Below, piece after piece: positions 59,701-64,000 of a stretch of DNA of 64,000 nt. How positions within the stretch are numbered: the stretch's first letter is position 1; each line of letters opens with the position of its first letter. Source of the DNA: the human T2T-CHM13v2.0 reference genome, Homo sapiens; the NCBI RefSeq assembly GCF_009914755.1, contig NC_060927.1; one strand, written 5' to 3'. Both the position numbers and the translations under genes were made by a program. The notes beneath the pieces are model-generated. The model was not told the DNA's origin and made no database searches. It saw only the letters and a program-made list of their open reading frames with translations.

Positions 59701-61174
59701 TGATTCATCGCATAAGCAAAACTGAAAACTAAAACCAAATGATCATCTCAATAGATGCAGAAAGGCTTTTGATAAAATTCAACATCCCTTTTTGTTAAAA
59801 ACCCTCAAAAACTAGGCATAGGAGGAACATACCTCAAAATAACAAGAGCCATCTGTGACAAACCCACAGCCGACATCAGACTGAATAAGCAAAAGCTAGA
59901 AGCATTTCCCTTGAGAACTGGAACACAACAACGATGCTCACACTCACCATTCCTGTTCAACATGGTACTGGAATTCCTAGCTAAAGCAATCAGGCAAGAG
60001 AAAGAAACAAAAGGCATCCAAATAGGAAGAGATAAAGTCAAACTATCTCTCTTTATAGACAATATAATTCATGCCCTGAAATCCCCACAGTCTCTGCCCA
60101 AAGGCTGCTAGAATTGATGGACAACTTCAGTGAAGTTTTAAGATACAAAATTAACATTAAAAAATTTGCAGCATTTCTATCAGCAGTAAAGTCCAAGCTG
60201 AGAGCCAAATCAAGAACACAATACCATTCACAGTAGCCACAAAAAGAATAAAATACCTAGGAATACAGCTTACCAGGGAGGTGAAAGATCTCTACAATGA
60301 GAATTACAAAACACTGCTGATAGAAATCGGAGACTACACAAACAAATGGAAAAATACTGCACGCTCATGTAGGAAGACTCAATATTGTTAAAATGGTCAT
60401 ACTGCCCAAAGCAATTTACAGCTTCTATGCTATTTCTATCAATCTACCAAAATTATTTTCCACATAATTAGAGTAAACTATTCTAAAGTTAATAGACCAA
60501 TAAACAGCCTGAATAGCCAAAGTAATCCTAAGCAAAAAGAACAAAGCCAGAGACATCAGTTGCCCAACTTTAAAGTATACTACAAGGCTATCGTAACCAA
60601 AACTACACGATACTGGTACAAAAACAGAAACACAGACCAATGGAGAAGGTTAGAGAACCCAAAAATAAAGCTGCACACCTACAACCATCTAATCTTCAAC
60701 AAAGTCAACAATAACAGGCAATGGGAAAAGGATTCCCTATTCAATAAATGATTCTGGGATAAATGACTAGCCATGCAGAAGAATGAAACAGAACCCCTTT
60801 CTTTCACCATATACAAAAATCACCTCAAGATTGACTAAAGACTTAAATGAAAGACTTAAAACTATAAAAATCCCAAAAGAAAACTAGAAAATACCATTCT
60901 AGATATAGGTCTTGACAAAGATTACATGATGAAGGCTCAAAGAGCAAGTGCAACAAAAACGAAATAGACAAGTGAGACTTAATTAAACTAAAGAACTCCT
61001 GCACAACAATAGAAACTATCAATGGTGTAAACAGATCATCTACAGAATGGAAGAAAATATTTACAAACTGTATCTGACCAAGGTGTAATATCCAGAATCT
61101 ATAAGGAACTTAACAAGCATAAAAACAAACAACCGACTAAGGACAGGAACAGACACTTTTCAAAAGAAGACATG

Positions 61175-61461
<287 letters not shown>

Positions 61462-63199
61462 AAAAGAAGATACGAAGTCATGCATGTGGCCAAAAAGCAT
61501 ATGAAAAATGCTCAGCATCACTAATCATTGGAGAAATGCAAATCAAAACCGCAATGAGATACCATCTCACACCAGTCAGAATGGCTATTACTAAGAAGTC
61601 AAAAAAATGAAAACTAAACGTGTTGGCAAGGTTGTAGAGAAAAGGAAATGCTTATACACTGCTGGTGGGAGTGTACATTAATTCAGCCACTGTGGAAAGC
61701 AGTGTGGAGATTTCTCAAAGAACTTAAAACAGAACTATTATTTGACTAATTACTGGGTACATACCCAAAGGAATATAAATCATTTTACCAAAAAGACACA
61801 TGCATGCATACGCTCATCACAGCACTATTCACAATAGCAAAGACAGTGAATCTACCTAGATAATCATCAAAGGTGGACTGGTTAAAGAAAATGTAGTGTA
61901 TATACATCAAGGAATACTACATAGCCATAACAAAATAAAATAATTTGCTTTGCAACAACATGAATGTAGCTGGAGGCCATTATCCTAAGCGAATCAATGC
62001 AGGAACAGAAAACCAAATACTACATGTTCTCACTTATAAGTGAGAGCTAAAGATTGAGTACACATGAACACAAAGATGGGAAATTAGACACCATGGCCTA
62101 CTTGAGGGGGGAAGGTGAGAAGAGAGTGAGTGTCAAAAAACTACCTATGAAGCACTATGCTTACTACTTGGGTGATGAAATAATTCAGACACTAAACCCC
62201 AGCGACACACAATCTACGCATGTACCAAACCTGCACATGTACCCCGTGAAACTAAAACAAAAGTTGAAAGAGAAATAAAATAAAATCATCGGAAAAAGGA
62301 AATAAAATAATAATATAAAATTAATAAAAATATATTGAAAATTAACTTTGTCAACAATTTTGTTAGTCTAATGACCAAACAATGAGAATTGCATGAGGCT
62401 AAATAAATATAAACAACACAAAATATCTCTGGTGTTGAATTTTGATTTTTTTAAAATTTTAGTGTTAGAATAGTCTATATTTATGGATTCAGATATACAT
62501 CTAAAAGTGCTTGAGAGACTTTATGGATTGCATAGTTGTTTAAATTATATTCTTCTCTTTCTTATAAATTTACTTGCAAAAAATGTATTACTCTCCCCAA
62601 CTTACCATGTATTAGACCCAATATCATTAAGACAAGTTGTTGAATTGAAATAAACTTTATTTCAATTTCCTCAAGTAGAATGTCACTGTGTACACATACT
62701 ATACGTAAAAAGGAATATGATCAATGATAAATTTTCTTGTGATTTTACTTTCTTCCAGATCAGAGATATCTAGATAAATTCTCTAAATATTTTAGGACCA
62801 GAAGGAAAGATTCACAAAAGATTGCTTAATTGGGCAAGATAATGTTCTTAAATAGAGTTTTGTACTATCTTTGAGGACACTTTTTCCTTTGGAAATTTGT
62901 TGTGGTGCAATCATCTTGATAAAATAAGCAGTTTGTACTTCTATTTGGTCTTCAGCACTAAGATTTTAGTGCAATACACTCTCTAAACCACTACAACTCA
63001 ATGGCAGGTGGTGTGCCTTGCTCTTCTTTATATTCCAGACATGCAGCAGTGCCTGGAATAGGAAAGGAACCTAAATTACATCTGTCTAAGAGCAAGTCCA
63101 ACAGCTTCTTGCCATTTTCCAACGTATTTGACTGCTGTTTATCATTTCATCCTACTGACCGTTCTATCAGATGTTCTTGTTTTCCACCTAAAACCTTCC

Positions 63200-63705
63200 T
63201 TTCCTGCCAGGTAACTTTCAATCATGGTCCTAATTTAGTCAATTCTGCTACAGCACATGCCCAGGAAAGATGATGGATCTTCATTAATTTAAATGAATCA
63301 TAGGTAAAATCCGTTTCACTTATCATTGATTGGTTTGGGAATAAATATCTGACTATGCCTTGGACAATGAGCTGTGAAACAGATTGAACATTGGCAGTGA
63401 GGGCATTGTGTCTGGGAAAGGTTTTCTGCGAAGAAAAAGAGCCACAAAAGTAAAACATTTTATTTTTCACTGTGCATTGCCATGTTTGTGTGTTACACTT
63501 GGAACTGAGGCATCTGAAAGCCACAATCTCACATACTGAGGGTGGCACAGCAGAAATGTTGCAGAACTTTGAATCTTTGCCAATTTCAAGCTATCTAAAT
63601 AGTCACTTACACAGCTGAACTCTCTGAAGTTTCTAAAACATGCCTTATGATTTAATCTATTTAAATTTGAACTTTCTTACAGCCGAACTGAATCTAACCA
63701 CACAA
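63200..63705 (+). mobile_element. Old MLT1 (J/K-like) solo LTR
   Basis: TGATTGGTTTGGGAAT...GACAATGAG...TCTGGGAAAGGTTTTCT...GGCACAGCAGAAA...TTACAGCCGAA. Confidence 0.6.
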
Positions 63706-64000
63706 TAAAGGTATTTTAAAAATCTCTTTATTCTTTAGGCTTATATGACATCGGGCTTGCCTGTTTCTTATAATTATTTAGTTGCAGTTTCCTTCTGTGT
63801 GTCTAACAGTTTGTTTCTGTGTATCTCAGACTTTTCTTAAGGTTTTCTTCTTGGTCCTCTTATAATCTGCCAGCTGTCTTAGCACTTCCACTCACCTTAC
63901 AGCTTGACTTACCAACTCTGTCTTCATAACTACAAAATCTTTTCTAAAGTTTTGACTTCTCTACTTAGCTTCAGGCTCAAGCTTCTTCTTTGTAAGAGAC

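Noticed and set aside
62735-62830. Splice acceptors (TTTCTTCCAG, TTTTAG) suggesting an exon
   Set aside because: There is no convincing donor or reading frame, and such tracts are common in AT-rich DNA.

Overview
This 64 kb window is primate, very likely human or great ape, AT-rich intergenic or deep-intronic DNA made mostly of transposon relics. I find no intact protein-coding gene, RNA gene or CRISPR array. Almost every ORF in the supplied track is a translation of Alu, MaLR, L1 or mariner sequence. Main contents: (1) three two-LTR MaLR proviruses within 15 kb (MSTA-type minus, THE1A minus with an AluSc in its 5' LTR, MSTA-type plus); (2) a full-length decayed Hsmar1 mariner at 29857-31130 carrying the SETMAR-type D-to-N change; (3) a 5'-truncated 14-3-3 theta (YWHAQ) processed pseudogene at about 48892-50513, inserted into an ancient L1 and itself interrupted by an AluSp; (4) an internal inversion in that host L1; (5) a near-full-length L1PA15/16-type element whose 5' UTR holds an almost perfect 6 x 79 bp tandem array; (6) about a dozen Alus, a truncated L1PA, MER44/MER53/MER5 MITEs, solo LTRs, L2 and MIR fragments. 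I do not see support for a new biological system. The best leads are local: the recent VNTR in an old L1, the unexplained 5' 100 bp of the YWHAQ retrocopy, a 32 bp non-tandem templated duplication, a DUX4 motif in a THE1A LTR, and a motif-dense unique segment at 38.4-39.3 kb. Subfamily names come from remembered consensus sequences, not a RepeatMasker run, and boundaries of old repeats are approximate.
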